The notes under the pieces were generated by a model. It worked only from the letters and a program-made list of their open reading frames with translations, searched no databases and had not been told where the DNA came from. The position numbers and the translations under genes were made by a program. Below are positions 8,310-18,322 of a stretch of DNA of 64,000 bases, piece after piece (the stretch's first letter is position 1; each line of letters begins with the position of its first letter). Source of the stretch: Terriglobales bacterium. GTDB taxonomy: Bacteria; Acidobacteriota; Terriglobia; Terriglobales; Acidobacteriaceae. The stretch is from NCBI GenBank assembly GCA_035937135.1, contig DASYVL010000055.1:507-64506 (forward strand), written 5' to 3'.

Positions 8310-9098
8310 TCAGCGCACCAGCGCCAGGATACGAACCGGGCCGCCGGAGCCACCGGCGAGCTTGGCCGGCGCGGCCACCAGGATGGCGCCCGCCTCGGGC
8401 ACAGCGCTCAAATCCGCGACGTTTTCCAGGTGATAGACGTTGTGCTTGGCCGTGTACTGATGCACGGGGTAGGTGTCCGACGCCCCATAGTCCACGCTCA
8501 TGGTGTCGATGCCCAGACCGAAGATGTCGCGCGCTTCCACCAGGAACTTGGCGGTCTCCGGCAGGAAGCCGGGGAAGTGCTTGGCGCCTTTGTCGTCGGC
8601 ATTGCGATAGTCCTTCATGGAGGCCGCGCGCGCGGCCCAGCCGGTGCGCGCCAGCACGATGCTTCCCGGCGGGATCTGCCCGTGGGCGCGTTCCCAGCGC
8701 GCCACATCCTCGACCGTGATCTGGTAGTCGGCGTTCGCCTTCGACTGCGCGGTCACGTTCAGCACAACCAGCGGGCCGACGAGATGTTCGGGCGGGATCT
8801 GGTCCACGGTCCAGGCGCCGGCGGCGAAGTGCGCCGGGGCGTCCATGTGCGTAGCGAAGTGCTCGGGCAGAGAGATGGTGCGAGTGAAGTAACCGTCCTT
8901 CTCCATGCGCCCCAGAGGCTTGGCTTCGAAGGGTGACTTCTCCGTGCCCTCCCAGTTGGGAAACTTCTCGCTCAGCGGCTGGGTCAGGTCGATCACCGCG
9001 CGAAAGGTCGGCTGTGGAGTGGGCGCGTTGTGGCGCTGCGCGAACAACAAGGCCACTGCTGCCAGCGCAAGGAATATAACGAAGGTCTTGGCTTTCAT
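8310..9098 (-). CDS. Cyclase family protein (kynurenine formamidase-like), secreted
   Basis: A signal peptide is present. The HFATHMDAPAHF metal-binding motif is characteristic of the putative cyclase family. Confidence 0.8.
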   Translation of the reverse strand: MKAKTFVIFLALAAVALLFAQRHNAPTPQPTFRAVIDLTQPLSEKFPNWEGTEKSPFEAKPLGRMEKDGYFTRTISLPEHFATHMDAPAHFAAGAWTVDQIPPEHLVGPLVVLNVTAQSKANADYQITVEDVARWERAHGQIPPGSIVLARTGWAARAASMKDYRNADDKGAKHFPGFLPETAKFLVEARDIFGLGIDTMSVDYGASDTYPVHQYTAKHNVYHLENVADLSAVPEAGAILVAAPAKLAGGSGGPVRILALVR

Positions 9099-9182
9099 GA
9101 GGTTCTCAGAAGTCCCCTGGGTTCGGCTGGCGCTGCTGCTTCAGATGCAGAAACCCGCGCTTGGGGTGCCGGAAGGCGCGAA

Positions 9183-11168
9183 TCAATGATCAATGTTCGT
9201 CGCTGCTTCCAGGCGGTGCAGGGCGAAGCTGAACCAGAGCGAGTTGGAGCCGTTGTACCTCACCTCGCGCTCGGCTGGCGCGAATCCCGCGCGCTCTGCT
9301 TTGAGCGTGCAGGGGTCACACTCGGCCTCGCTTGCGATCTCGAAGCGGCCTTCCTTGCGCGTATCGAGCGTGCCCACCACCTCGCCGGACGCCCGGCTGA
9401 GCGTCACCTTGGTGCGAGGCAGCGGCCAGCCCTCTTCGTCGGTGATGACCCCCGCAATCTTGCCGCGCGGCGCCAGGCCTTCCGGAGCGTACTCGCGCGC
9501 GGCGTACCCCGGGCCGCGCAGCGGACGTCCGCCCAACTGCCCCGTGACTCGGCCGTGCTCGAGCGAGAGCACTCCGTTCACGAAGACGTACTCGATGCCC
9601 TGGGAGGGCCGGTTCGGGTCGTCGAAGGTGGCGACATCGCGTACCGCCTCCGGGTTGAAAATGGTGAGGTCGGCGAAATAATCCGGGCGAACCATCCCGC
9701 GGTGATCGAGTTTCACCTGCTGCGCCGCCAGCGAGGTCATCTTGCGGATGGCCTCTTCCAGCCGCAGGACATGCTCCTCACGCACGTACTTGCCCAGGAT
9801 GCGAGGGAAGCTGCCATAGGCCCGGGGATGGTCTTTCGACTCGCCCAGCGGTCCCACCGGATTCACCGCGCCGGCGTCGATGCCGACGCTGACCCAGGGC
9901 TTCTGCATGGCCAGTCGCATGTCGTCTTCGTCCATGAGGAAATAGGCGGCGCCGGTGTTGTTGCGATCGGCGGCCACCAGGTCCATGAGCGCGTCCATGG
10001 GGTCCTTCTTCTCCGCTGCGGCGACCTGAGCGATGTTCTTGCCCTCGTACTTCTTCAGTTCCGGGTTGAGGACGCTGAGCACCAGGATGCCTTCCGGCCT
10101 GCCGGCGAGCCGCCAGAAGTTTTCGAAGCTGCCGGAGGGGGTCAGCAGGTCGCGGCGGATGGCGGCGCGCTGGGCCGGATCCTTCAGCCGAGCCAGAAGA
10201 GCTTCGGTCCCGCCGTCGTGGTATTTGGGAGGGATGGTGGCGCCGAGCGAGGTGGCGCCCGCCAGGTAGGGATACTGGTTCGCGGTCACGTCCACCCCTG
10301 AGGCCCGCGCCCGCTCGATGGCATCCAGTACCGCGCCCATCTTTCCCCAGTTCTGCTTGCCGGAGAGCTTCAGGTGGAAGATCTCGACCGGGACGTTGGC
10401 TTCGCGCCCGATGCGGAAAGCCTCCTCCAGCGCAGCCAGTTCGGTGTCGCTCTCGTTGCGGATGTGCGAGGCGTACGTCCCGCCGTGCTTTCCTGCAACC
10501 TGGGCCAGCGCGATCAGCTCCTCGGTGCTGGCGTAGAAGGCCGGGGCGTAGATGAGCGAGCTGGAAACGCCCATGGCGCCGTCGAGCATGGCGTCGTCGA
10601 CCATCTCCTGCATGCGCTTGAGTTCCTCGGGCGTGGGCGGCCGGTCGGCGTCGCCCACCACCATGCGCCGCACCTGGGTGGCGCCCACGAACGTCCCCAG
10701 GTTGATGCCGGCGCCCTGCTTTTCCAGCCGCTGGAAGTACTCGTCGAGCGAGCGCCAGTCCACGGTGAGGTGGAAGTGCGTCAGAAAGTCCTTCTGATCC
10801 TCGATCAGGCGATCGTCGATGGGCGCGATGGACTCGCCTTCGCCGGTGATCTCGGTAGTGATGCCCTGGGTGAGCTTGGAGACTGCCTGCTTGTCGATGA
10901 GCAGGGTGGTCTCGGACTGGCCCAGCATGTCGATGAATCCGGGAGCAACGATCAGGCCCTTGGCGTCGATGGTTCGCTTGGCGGTGACCCGCGCGTCGGC
11001 GCGGCCCACGAAGGCGATGCGGTCGCCGACGATACCCACGTCGGCGTACACCCAGGGGTTGCCGCTGCCATCCACCACCCGGCCGTGGCGGATGAGGACG
11101 TCATACTGCTGCGCGAAGGCAGGCGCCGTCAGCAAAAGCGCGAGAACCGGCCACAGGATTTTTTTCAC
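9183..11168 (-). CDS. N-acyl-D-amino-acid deacylase (D-aminoacylase) family amidohydrolase with a C-terminal carboxypeptidase-regulatory-like domain
   Basis: The signal peptide is followed by YDVLIRHGRVVDGSG...GDRIAFVG...DAKGLIVAPGFIDMLGQSE. The C-terminal GKIAGVITDEEGWPLPRTKVTL... resembles a CarboxypepD_reg-like fold. Confidence 0.8.
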   Translation of the reverse strand: MKKILWPVLALLLTAPAFAQQYDVLIRHGRVVDGSGNPWVYADVGIVGDRIAFVGRADARVTAKRTIDAKGLIVAPGFIDMLGQSETTLLIDKQAVSKLTQGITTEITGEGESIAPIDDRLIEDQKDFLTHFHLTVDWRSLDEYFQRLEKQGAGINLGTFVGATQVRRMVVGDADRPPTPEELKRMQEMVDDAMLDGAMGVSSSLIYAPAFYASTEELIALAQVAGKHGGTYASHIRNESDTELAALEEAFRIGREANVPVEIFHLKLSGKQNWGKMGAVLDAIERARASGVDVTANQYPYLAGATSLGATIPPKYHDGGTEALLARLKDPAQRAAIRRDLLTPSGSFENFWRLAGRPEGILVLSVLNPELKKYEGKNIAQVAAAEKKDPMDALMDLVAADRNNTGAAYFLMDEDDMRLAMQKPWVSVGIDAGAVNPVGPLGESKDHPRAYGSFPRILGKYVREEHVLRLEEAIRKMTSLAAQQVKLDHRGMVRPDYFADLTIFNPEAVRDVATFDDPNRPSQGIEYVFVNGVLSLEHGRVTGQLGGRPLRGPGYAAREYAPEGLAPRGKIAGVITDEEGWPLPRTKVTLSRASGEVVGTLDTRKEGRFEIASEAECDPCTLKAERAGFAPAEREVRYNGSNSLWFSFALHRLEAATNIDH

Positions 11169-11411
11169 CAGCGCCTCCCTCCCTGCCGCGCACGCGAAGG
11201 ATGAGGATAGTCGAAGCGGCCGGGCCTGGGAAAGACCTTCTCCTGGGCGGACAGAGCGACCCGCCGCCGGGTGGCCGGCGCTGCACTTCTATATTAGGGA
11301 GCGGGGCCACGGCGGGAGTGCAAGGCCGGCACCGGTGGCGCGGAAGCTGGCTTCCCGTTACAATATTCAATTCTGCACCTTGCTGACCCGGGATTTGGGA
11401 GATCCGGACGA

Positions 11412-12584
11412 ATGAGGAAGACGGGAACTCGCCTGGCAGCCGCCGTAGTGGTCGCGCTGCTGGCTTTGATCTGGCTAAGTTGCGGCAACGAATTCCGTCC
11501 GGTGGCCACGCCCGTCTTCCCGGGCGGGCCCGACCCCCAGGGCCAGCGGCAGGCGGTCTCCGTCAACAACACTGGCGGCGCCATCGGCTCCACCACCAAC
11601 ATCAACGTTTCCGGCGACACCGTGGTGGCCAGTCATACGGTCGGCAAAGGACCGGTGCATGCCGGGACGACTCCCAGCGGCGCCCGCATCTTCGTTGTTA
11701 ATCTGGGCGACGACACCGTCAGCACCTACCTCACCCTGCTGGCCAGCTCCGCTCCGGTCACCATCAGCCTGCCGGCGGGGTCCGCTCCGGTCTTCGCCCA
11801 CTCCACGCAAAGCACCCGGATGTACGTCGCGAACTCCAGGACGGGGACCGTGGGCGTGATCGACGCCAACACGAGCGTGCTCACCGACCTCATCGCCGTC
11901 GGCAACAATCCGGTGGCGCTGGCAGAGCTGCCCAGCGGCGCCAAGCTCTACTGCGTGAATCAGAACGGCAACACAGTCTCCGTCATCTCCACCGTAGACA
12001 AAGTGGTGCTCACAACGATATCCGTCAACATCGGCAACATGCCGTCGTTCGCGGTCTCGAACGACACCGGCGCCTTCGTCTTCGTTGCCAACTCCGGCTC
12101 GAACACAGTCTCGGTCATCGACACCACCACCGACATAGTCACCGCCGTCCTGCCCGTGGGAGTCGCGCCCAACTTCCTGTTCTTCGACAACAGCCTGAAG
12201 CGCGTCTACGTGACCAACAGCGGCGATGGCACGGTTTCCATCATCCGCACCGACGTGAACCCCGCCGCGAACCCTCCGGTGACGGTCACCGTGGGCACGG
12301 CGCCGCTTTCGGTCACGGCGCTGGCCGACGGCTCGCGCGCCTACGTGGCCAACTCCGGCTCGGGCACCGTCTCGGTCATCACCACCAGCAACAACACCGT
12401 CTCCAGGACCATCACCGTGGGAACGAACCCGGTCTCCATCGCCTCCTCGTCGGACAGCTCCAAGGTTTACGTGGCCAACCGCGGCTCCAACACCATCTCG
12501 ATCATCCGCACCACGGACGACACAGTGGTCTCGAACGCTCCCCCCACCTCCACCCAGCCCGTTTGGGTGCTCACGGTCCCCTAA
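11412..12584 (+). CDS. YncE/YVTN-type beta-propeller repeat lipoprotein
   Basis: The lipobox is LIWLSCG. Repeats of the type VGxxPxxxAxSxDGxKxYVANSGSNTVSVID recur about every 40 aa. Confidence 0.75.
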   Translation: MRKTGTRLAAAVVVALLALIWLSCGNEFRPVATPVFPGGPDPQGQRQAVSVNNTGGAIGSTTNINVSGDTVVASHTVGKGPVHAGTTPSGARIFVVNLGDDTVSTYLTLLASSAPVTISLPAGSAPVFAHSTQSTRMYVANSRTGTVGVIDANTSVLTDLIAVGNNPVALAELPSGAKLYCVNQNGNTVSVISTVDKVVLTTISVNIGNMPSFAVSNDTGAFVFVANSGSNTVSVIDTTTDIVTAVLPVGVAPNFLFFDNSLKRVYVTNSGDGTVSIIRTDVNPAANPPVTVTVGTAPLSVTALADGSRAYVANSGSGTVSVITTSNNTVSRTITVGTNPVSIASSSDSSKVYVANRGSNTISIIRTTDDTVVSNAPPTSTQPVWVLTVP

Positions 12585-12755
12585 CGCGCGGCGCTTGGTC
12601 TCAGCCTGAGAACCCAACCCGAAGTGTGCCCGTGGAGTTTCCTTTGTTGTCACTGGCAGGGCTCGATTTCGCTTGACTCAAATTGAGATTGGGCGCTAAC
12701 TTGCTCCGACTGGGTGTTTTCGTCTCCCTTAGGACTCAGCTACAAAACCATCGCT

Positions 12756-15602
12756 ATGCTATTGGGAACAAACGGGCAATCTGAAACTGGCCAACCGGTT
12801 CGGGAGGGCTCACTCCAGGACTTGCTGCTGAACCTGTGCTCCGAGGAGTCTGGCAAAGGGGACCTCCCGGTGCTTGTCTCATCCTTGGCGGAGGGGGTTC
12901 GTCGGCTGTTCCAGGCCAGCTCAGTCGCCGTGTGGATCCAGGAGGGGGAACGCTTCCGCATGGCAGCGGTGGCGGCGGAGAGCCCGAAGCAGGCGGACGA
13001 ACTTCGCAGCCGCTACCTCAAGGCGGGATTCCCGGATGCCGAAGAGCTGGCCGCACGCGTGACCGCCTCGCGGCAGCCGACCTGCCTGCCGGGAAAAAAC
13101 GGCGGAGGGAATGGCGCCGCGGCCCCGGAGAGCGACGTCATCGCTGCGCCCTTCCGGACCTCGCGGGTCGCGGGAGCTTGGCTCATCTACTCCCAGCCGG
13201 AGATCCGGTTCGCTGCCGAGGACACTGCGCGCGCCGGGACTCTGGCCTCCTATGCCGGTCTGGCGCTGGAGGCCCGCGGGAACCTGCACCTGGCGGAACA
13301 GCATCGCAGCCGGGCCGAGCACCTTACCAACCTGGCACTGGAGTTGAGTTCCTCCTTCCGCCTGCCAGACTTCGCCAAGAATTTTGCCGTACGCGCGGCA
13401 AAGCTGATGGGGGCGCGCGCCGCAGCCCTGGCTCTGGGAGACGGCAAGCAAATGGAGGTCGTCAGCCTGCACGATCCTGCGGCCAACCTGGACGCTGCGG
13501 CCCTGCGCCGCCTGGGCGCGGCCCTCTCCGACTTCACCGCCGAGCACTCCCAGCCTGTCTATGTCGGACGCGCACAGGAGCTTCTGGGCGCGCGCGCCGC
13601 CTCCGGGCTGGGATGGCAGGATCTGACCGTGGCCCGCTTGAGTGGCGGCGCCGGCCAGGATCTGCTGGGCCTGCTGCTGCTCGCGGATCGCGGCTCCGAA
13701 CTCACGACCGCCGACCACAACCTACTGCAAGCGGTAGTGGGACACGCGTCGGTGGCGCTCGAAAACGCCCGGCTGTTCGAGCAGATCGCCCAGGCGCGCC
13801 GCCAGTGGGTGCAGATCTTCGACGCCATCAGCGACTTCATCGTGGTCCACGACGAGACCTTCCACGTGATGCGCGCCAACCGCCCCTTGGCCGAATTCAT
13901 CGGCGTGCAGCCCTCGGAGCTCATCGGGCTCAACATGCGCGCCCTGGTTTCCATCTGCGGCGAGGGCAACGGCCAGTCCTGTCCCTTCTGCCGTCCGGGA
14001 GCCCACGAAGGCGAAGAGCTGCTGCATCCGCTTCTGGAGCGCACCTACCTGGTCTCCACCTCGCGCACCCGGGAAGAAGCGGACGCGGGCGGCCAAACCA
14101 TCCACGTGCTCAAGGACATCACCGACCGCCGCGAGGCCGAACGCCGCTACCGTGAGCTGTTCGAGAACATCCAGGAGGGCCTCTTCTTCTCCACGCCGGA
14201 GGGCCGTTTCGTGGAGGTCAATGACGCCCTGGTGGCCATGCTGGGCTACTCCAGCCGCGAGGAGCTGTTGCAGGTGGACATCCCCAGCAAGCTCTACCTT
14301 TCTTCCGAGCAGCGCAATCGCTTTCAGGAGAAGGTGGAGAAAGAAGGAGCGGTGCGCAACTTCGAGCAGTCGGTGCGGCGCAAGGACGGCTCCATCCTGC
14401 ACACGCTGGAGAACTGCTTTGCCGTCCGCGACGCCCACGGACGCGTGGTGCAGTACCGCGGCACCATCCTCGACATTACCGGGCTCAAGACCTTCCAGGC
14501 GCAGCTGGTGCACGAGCGCGATTTCAACAGCAAGATCCTCGACCAGACCCAGAGTCTCATCCTGGTGGCGGATACCGCCGGCCTGGTCACCTACGCCAAT
14601 CGCCGCTGCTTTGAGGCCGGGAAGTACAAGGAATCCGAGCTGGTGGGGCACCGCTTGGTGGAGTTCGTGGCCCCGCCCCGGCAGGTCACCCTGGCGGAGG
14701 CGCTGCAGGCCATCCTGCAGGGGCAGCAGGTGGACAACCTGGAGCTGCCCATTGTGGGCGGCGACGGTAAGGTGAGCCAGTTCTCAGTGAACCTCAGCCC
14801 CATGCGCGACGAACAGAAGAACGTCACCAGCATCGTCGCCGTCATGACCGACATCACCGACGCCGCCATGCTTCAGGCCAAGCTCATGCACACGGAGAAA
14901 ATGGCGGCGGTAGGCCAGCTGGTCTCCGGCGTGGCCCATGAGGTCAACAACCCGCTCACCGCTATCCTGGGCTTCGCCGACCTGCTGGTGGATCACCCCG
15001 ACATCCCCGAGGTGGCCAAGAAGAACCTGCGGGTGATCGTGCAGGAGGCGCAGCGCACCAAGCTCATCGTGCAGAACCTGCTGAGCTTCGCCCGCCAGAC
15101 GCCGCCGCAGCGCCGCCCGGTGCAGCTGGCAAGCGTCCTGCGCCGAACGCTCCAACTCCGCTCCTACGATTTCAACAACCACGGAGTGGAGATCATCGAG
15201 AACCTCAACGACGACCTCCCGGAAGTGGTGGGCGACGCCCACCAGCTGCAGCAGGTGTTCCTCAACATCCTGAACAACGCCTACGACGCAGTGCGTTCCA
15301 CCTCGCACCGCGGCTCCATCGAGATTTCCACCGCCCACAGCAACGGCATGGTCGAGGTGGTCTTCTGCGATAACGGGCCCGGCATCGCCCATCCCGACCG
15401 CATCTTCGATCCCTTCTTTACCACCAAGGAGGTGGGCAAGGGCACCGGGCTGGGGCTGAGCATCTGCTACGGGATCGTGCACGAGCATGGCGGCGAGATC
15501 AGCTGCCGCAACCGCGAGGGACGGGAGGGCGCGGTTTTCAGCGTACGCCTGCCGATGGCCTCGCAGGCGGCCATGGTCGCCGCCGCCGAGGTGGAGGAGT
15601 GA
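12756..15602 (+). CDS. Sensor histidine kinase with N-terminal GAF-like regions, three PAS domains, HisKA and HATPase_c
   Basis: ORF 12714..15602. The H-box is VSGVAHEVNNPLTAI, the N-box is LNILNNAYDA, and the G-boxes are DNGPGI and GKGTGLGLSI. Three PAS-like segments precede them. The start is GTG 12714 or ATG 12756. Confidence 0.85.
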   Translation: MLLGTNGQSETGQPVREGSLQDLLLNLCSEESGKGDLPVLVSSLAEGVRRLFQASSVAVWIQEGERFRMAAVAAESPKQADELRSRYLKAGFPDAEELAARVTASRQPTCLPGKNGGGNGAAAPESDVIAAPFRTSRVAGAWLIYSQPEIRFAAEDTARAGTLASYAGLALEARGNLHLAEQHRSRAEHLTNLALELSSSFRLPDFAKNFAVRAAKLMGARAAALALGDGKQMEVVSLHDPAANLDAAALRRLGAALSDFTAEHSQPVYVGRAQELLGARAASGLGWQDLTVARLSGGAGQDLLGLLLLADRGSELTTADHNLLQAVVGHASVALENARLFEQIAQARRQWVQIFDAISDFIVVHDETFHVMRANRPLAEFIGVQPSELIGLNMRALVSICGEGNGQSCPFCRPGAHEGEELLHPLLERTYLVSTSRTREEADAGGQTIHVLKDITDRREAERRYRELFENIQEGLFFSTPEGRFVEVNDALVAMLGYSSREELLQVDIPSKLYLSSEQRNRFQEKVEKEGAVRNFEQSVRRKDGSILHTLENCFAVRDAHGRVVQYRGTILDITGLKTFQAQLVHERDFNSKILDQTQSLILVADTAGLVTYANRRCFEAGKYKESELVGHRLVEFVAPPRQVTLAEALQAILQGQQVDNLELPIVGGDGKVSQFSVNLSPMRDEQKNVTSIVAVMTDITDAAMLQAKLMHTEKMAAVGQLVSGVAHEVNNPLTAILGFADLLVDHPDIPEVAKKNLRVIVQEAQRTKLIVQNLLSFARQTPPQRRPVQLASVLRRTLQLRSYDFNNHGVEIIENLNDDLPEVVGDAHQLQQVFLNILNNAYDAVRSTSHRGSIEISTAHSNGMVEVVFCDNGPGIAHPDRIFDPFFTTKEVGKGTGLGLSICYGIVHEHGGEISCRNREGREGAVFSVRLPMASQAAMVAAAEVEE

Positions 15603-16000
15603 CCGCCGCCAAGGACAAAGCACTCCGCCTGCCTCTCCTGGTGATCGAGGATGAGCCTTCGGTAATGACCTTGCTGCGCTCGGCGTTGGAGCGCAGTGGC
15701 TACGCCATCGTGCCCGCGCCCTCCGGGGTCGAGGGTCTGCGCCTGCTGGCCGCCGGCGAGTACCTGGGCATCATCACCGACATGCGCATGCCCGGCGGCG
15801 TCACCGGCGCCGACGTTCACGCCTGGATCGTCGCCCACCGTCCCCAACTCGCCTCCCGCATCCTGTTCATCACCGGCGACCTGGTGAACGAGGAGACCGT
15901 CAGCCTGCTGCAGCGCACCGGCGCGCCCTGCGTGGAGAAGCCGTTCCGCGTTCAGCAGTTGCTCTCCAGCGTGGAAAAGACCTTCGGCAAGGCCCCATGA
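15599..16000 (+). CDS. Single-domain response regulator (receiver only)
   Basis: LLVIEDEP...GIITDMRMPGG...ILFITGD...EKPF is a receiver pattern. A GTGA overlap joins it to the kinase stop. Confidence 0.85.
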   Translation: MTAAKDKALRLPLLVIEDEPSVMTLLRSALERSGYAIVPAPSGVEGLRLLAAGEYLGIITDMRMPGGVTGADVHAWIVAHRPQLASRILFITGDLVNEETVSLLQRTGAPCVEKPFRVQQLLSSVEKTFGKAP

Positions 16001-16632
16001 GCGACGACTTCCAAATCCAGTTGCTGGTCGTGGACGACCAGCAGAACATCCGCAAGCTCTGCAGCACCATCGGCGCCTCCCTGGGCTTCTCCTGCACCGA
16101 GGCCGAGAGTGCCGAAGCCGCCCTCGCCCACCTGCAGACCGGGTCCCCCGACCTAGTCCTGGCCGACCTCAAGATGGAGAACATGACCGGCCTGGAGTTC
16201 CTGGCACAGGTCAAGAAGCTGCTGCCGCGCACCGAGATCGCCATCATGACCGGCTACGGCACCATCGAGAGCGCGGTCCAGGCCATGAAGCTAGGCGCTT
16301 ACGACTACATCACCAAGCCTTTCCGGGTGGAGGAGCTGAAGCTGGTGCTGCAGCGCATGGCGGAGAAGATCCGGCTGGTGGAGGAGAACCAGTTCCTGCG
16401 CGAGCGCGTGAACGCCTTGGCTGCCGCTCCGTCCGAGGTGCGCATGGACCCGCAGTCCTCTGACCTCGAGGAAATGGAGCGCACTACCATCCAGCGCGTC
16501 TTCGAAGAAGTGAAGGGCGACAAGGCCCTGGCCGGAAGAAAGCTGGGCATCAGCCGCGCTACCCTCTACCGCAAGCTCAAGCGCTACGGCATCCAAGGCC
16601 GGGCCTCGGGCGCCGTCCACAGCCAGACTTAG
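15997..16632 (+). CDS. Response regulator, receiver plus Fis-type HTH without an AAA+ module (ActR/RegA-like architecture)
   Basis: LLVVDDQ...LVLADLKMENMTG...IAIMTGYG...DYITKPF is the receiver. The C-terminal AGRKLGISRATLYRKLKRYG is a Fis-type HTH. An ATGA overlap joins it to the previous gene. Confidence 0.8.
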   Translation: MSDDFQIQLLVVDDQQNIRKLCSTIGASLGFSCTEAESAEAALAHLQTGSPDLVLADLKMENMTGLEFLAQVKKLLPRTEIAIMTGYGTIESAVQAMKLGAYDYITKPFRVEELKLVLQRMAEKIRLVEENQFLRERVNALAAAPSEVRMDPQSSDLEEMERTTIQRVFEEVKGDKALAGRKLGISRATLYRKLKRYGIQGRASGAVHSQT

Positions 16633-16807
16633 CCTCTACCCATGCAGCGCTTCTCCTTGTTGGAGAATGAGTTGCGCCTCTCTGAGAAAGGGTCTCATGG
16701 TGAGACGAGCGAAGTGGTGCCCACCAATGTCTCAAGTGTGTGAGATTCTTGTATGCTTGGCCCTCCCAATTCCCGCCCTCTGAGCTGGGATCGGGCATGG
16801 GTTCTGT

Positions 16808-16850
16808 GGGTTCCTGAGAACTGAGCGTGAGGAACCCCGAACCGGTTCCT
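16808..16850 (+). promoter_or_regulatory. Mutually exclusive hairpins in the MCP 5' leader, immediately 5' of the SD
   Basis: GGGTTCCT (16808-16815) and GGTTCCT (16844-16850) are both complementary to AGGAACCC (16830-16837). GGAGG (16851-16855) and ATG 16861 follow directly. Confidence 0.3.
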
Positions 16851-16860
16851 GGAGGCTGGC

Positions 16861-18321
16861 ATGAAAGGCCGGTTGAGTTCGACCATCTGGATCTTGGTTC
16901 TCGCCAATCTCGTGGCGATGGGCGCTGTGCTGTGGCTCGGCTATTCCGCCGGCGCTTGGGCGCGCGTACCGCTGATAGACGCCTTCGGCGCTTCGACGGA
17001 AGCCGGGTATCGGCTCCTGGGGGCATTACTCGTGGTCGTGGTGAGCGTCGGCACCCTTTTCCTCGTCTTGGGAAACAGGGTGGTCAAGCCAGTGAAGGAG
17101 TTCGCGGACTTTTCCGAGAAGGTGGTCAGCGGTGACTACCGCGCCCGCGCCGATGTGGATTCCGCCGACGACTTCGGCCTCATCGCCGAAAACTTCAACC
17201 GTTCCTCCGAGCAGGTCTCCAAGCTCGTGGTCAGCCAGGAAGCGCTGGAGGCGCTGCAATGCAGCGTCACCGAGTTCCTCACCCTCACCAGTCAGATCGC
17301 CCGCGGCGACCTCAGCTTGCGCGGCAAGGCCACCGGCGACGCCCTGGGCAATGTGGTGGACTCGGTCAACTGCATCCTCGACAACTTCACCCAAGTGCTG
17401 GAGCGCGCGCACAACGCCGCCATCGAGGTCTCCTCCAGCGCCAACCAGATCCTGGCCTCCTCCAGGCAGATGTCCTCTGGCGCTGTCCGGCAGGACCAGG
17501 AGATCACCAACACCTCCTCGGCCGTGAAGGAAATGGCGGTTTCGATGAAGCAGGTGTCGAACGACGCCGGGGCGTCGGCGGAAGCCGCGCGCCGGGCGCT
17601 GGACGCCGCCGAGCAGGGCCACCGCGCCGTGCGCGACACCCTGGAGGGCGTGCAAGGCGTCCGCGCTTCGGTGCAGGGGACCTTGGGGCGGATGCAGTCG
17701 TTACGGAGCCGCTCGCTGGGTATCGACGAGAAGTTCCGCGTGGTCCACGAGATCACGGAGCAGGCCAACATGCTGGCGCTCACCTCGGCCGTGGAAGCGG
17801 CGCGCGCGGGCGAGACCGGCCGTGGCTTCGCGGTAATTGCCGACGAACTGCGAAAGTTCGCCGAGCGCTCCCGCAGCGCCACCAATGAGATCGGCAGTTT
17901 CCTCCGAACCGTCCAGGCAGAGACCGGCGAAGCGGCGGCCGCCTTGGGAGAAGGAGGCAGGGAATTGGAGACTTGCGCCCAACTTGTGGACCAGGCGCGC
18001 CAGGCCCTGGAAAGTATCGCCGTGGTCGTGCGCCAGTCGGCCGAACTGGCGCAGGCCATCGCGCTGGCTTCCCAGCGGCAACAGGGGAACGCCGAGAGCG
18101 CCGCCCAGGCCGCAGAGGTCCTCTCCCTGATCACGCGCCAGACCCTACAGGGCACGCAGCAAAGCGCACAAATCGCGGAGCAGATGGTAAAGCTCTCCCA
18201 GCAACTCAACGAAGCGCTCTCGCAGTTCCGCACCAGCCCCGCACCGGCGCCAGCGCCCGTGCGCTCGGAGAAGGCTGCGTCCCTCCGCCTGGTTGCCGGG
18301 CAGGGAGGCGCGCGGAGCTAA
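16861..18321 (+). CDS. Methyl-accepting chemotaxis protein (two TM segments, HAMP, MCP signalling domain)
   Basis: The signalling hairpin tip EQANMLALTSAVEAARAGETGRGFAVIADELRKFAERS is highly conserved. A HAMP-like PVKEFADFSEKVVSGDY follows TM2. Confidence 0.85.
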   Translation: MKGRLSSTIWILVLANLVAMGAVLWLGYSAGAWARVPLIDAFGASTEAGYRLLGALLVVVVSVGTLFLVLGNRVVKPVKEFADFSEKVVSGDYRARADVDSADDFGLIAENFNRSSEQVSKLVVSQEALEALQCSVTEFLTLTSQIARGDLSLRGKATGDALGNVVDSVNCILDNFTQVLERAHNAAIEVSSSANQILASSRQMSSGAVRQDQEITNTSSAVKEMAVSMKQVSNDAGASAEAARRALDAAEQGHRAVRDTLEGVQGVRASVQGTLGRMQSLRSRSLGIDEKFRVVHEITEQANMLALTSAVEAARAGETGRGFAVIADELRKFAERSRSATNEIGSFLRTVQAETGEAAAALGEGGRELETCAQLVDQARQALESIAVVVRQSAELAQAIALASQRQQGNAESAAQAAEVLSLITRQTLQGTQQSAQIAEQMVKLSQQLNEALSQFRTSPAPAPAPVRSEKAASLRLVAGQGGARS

Positions 18322-18322
18322 G

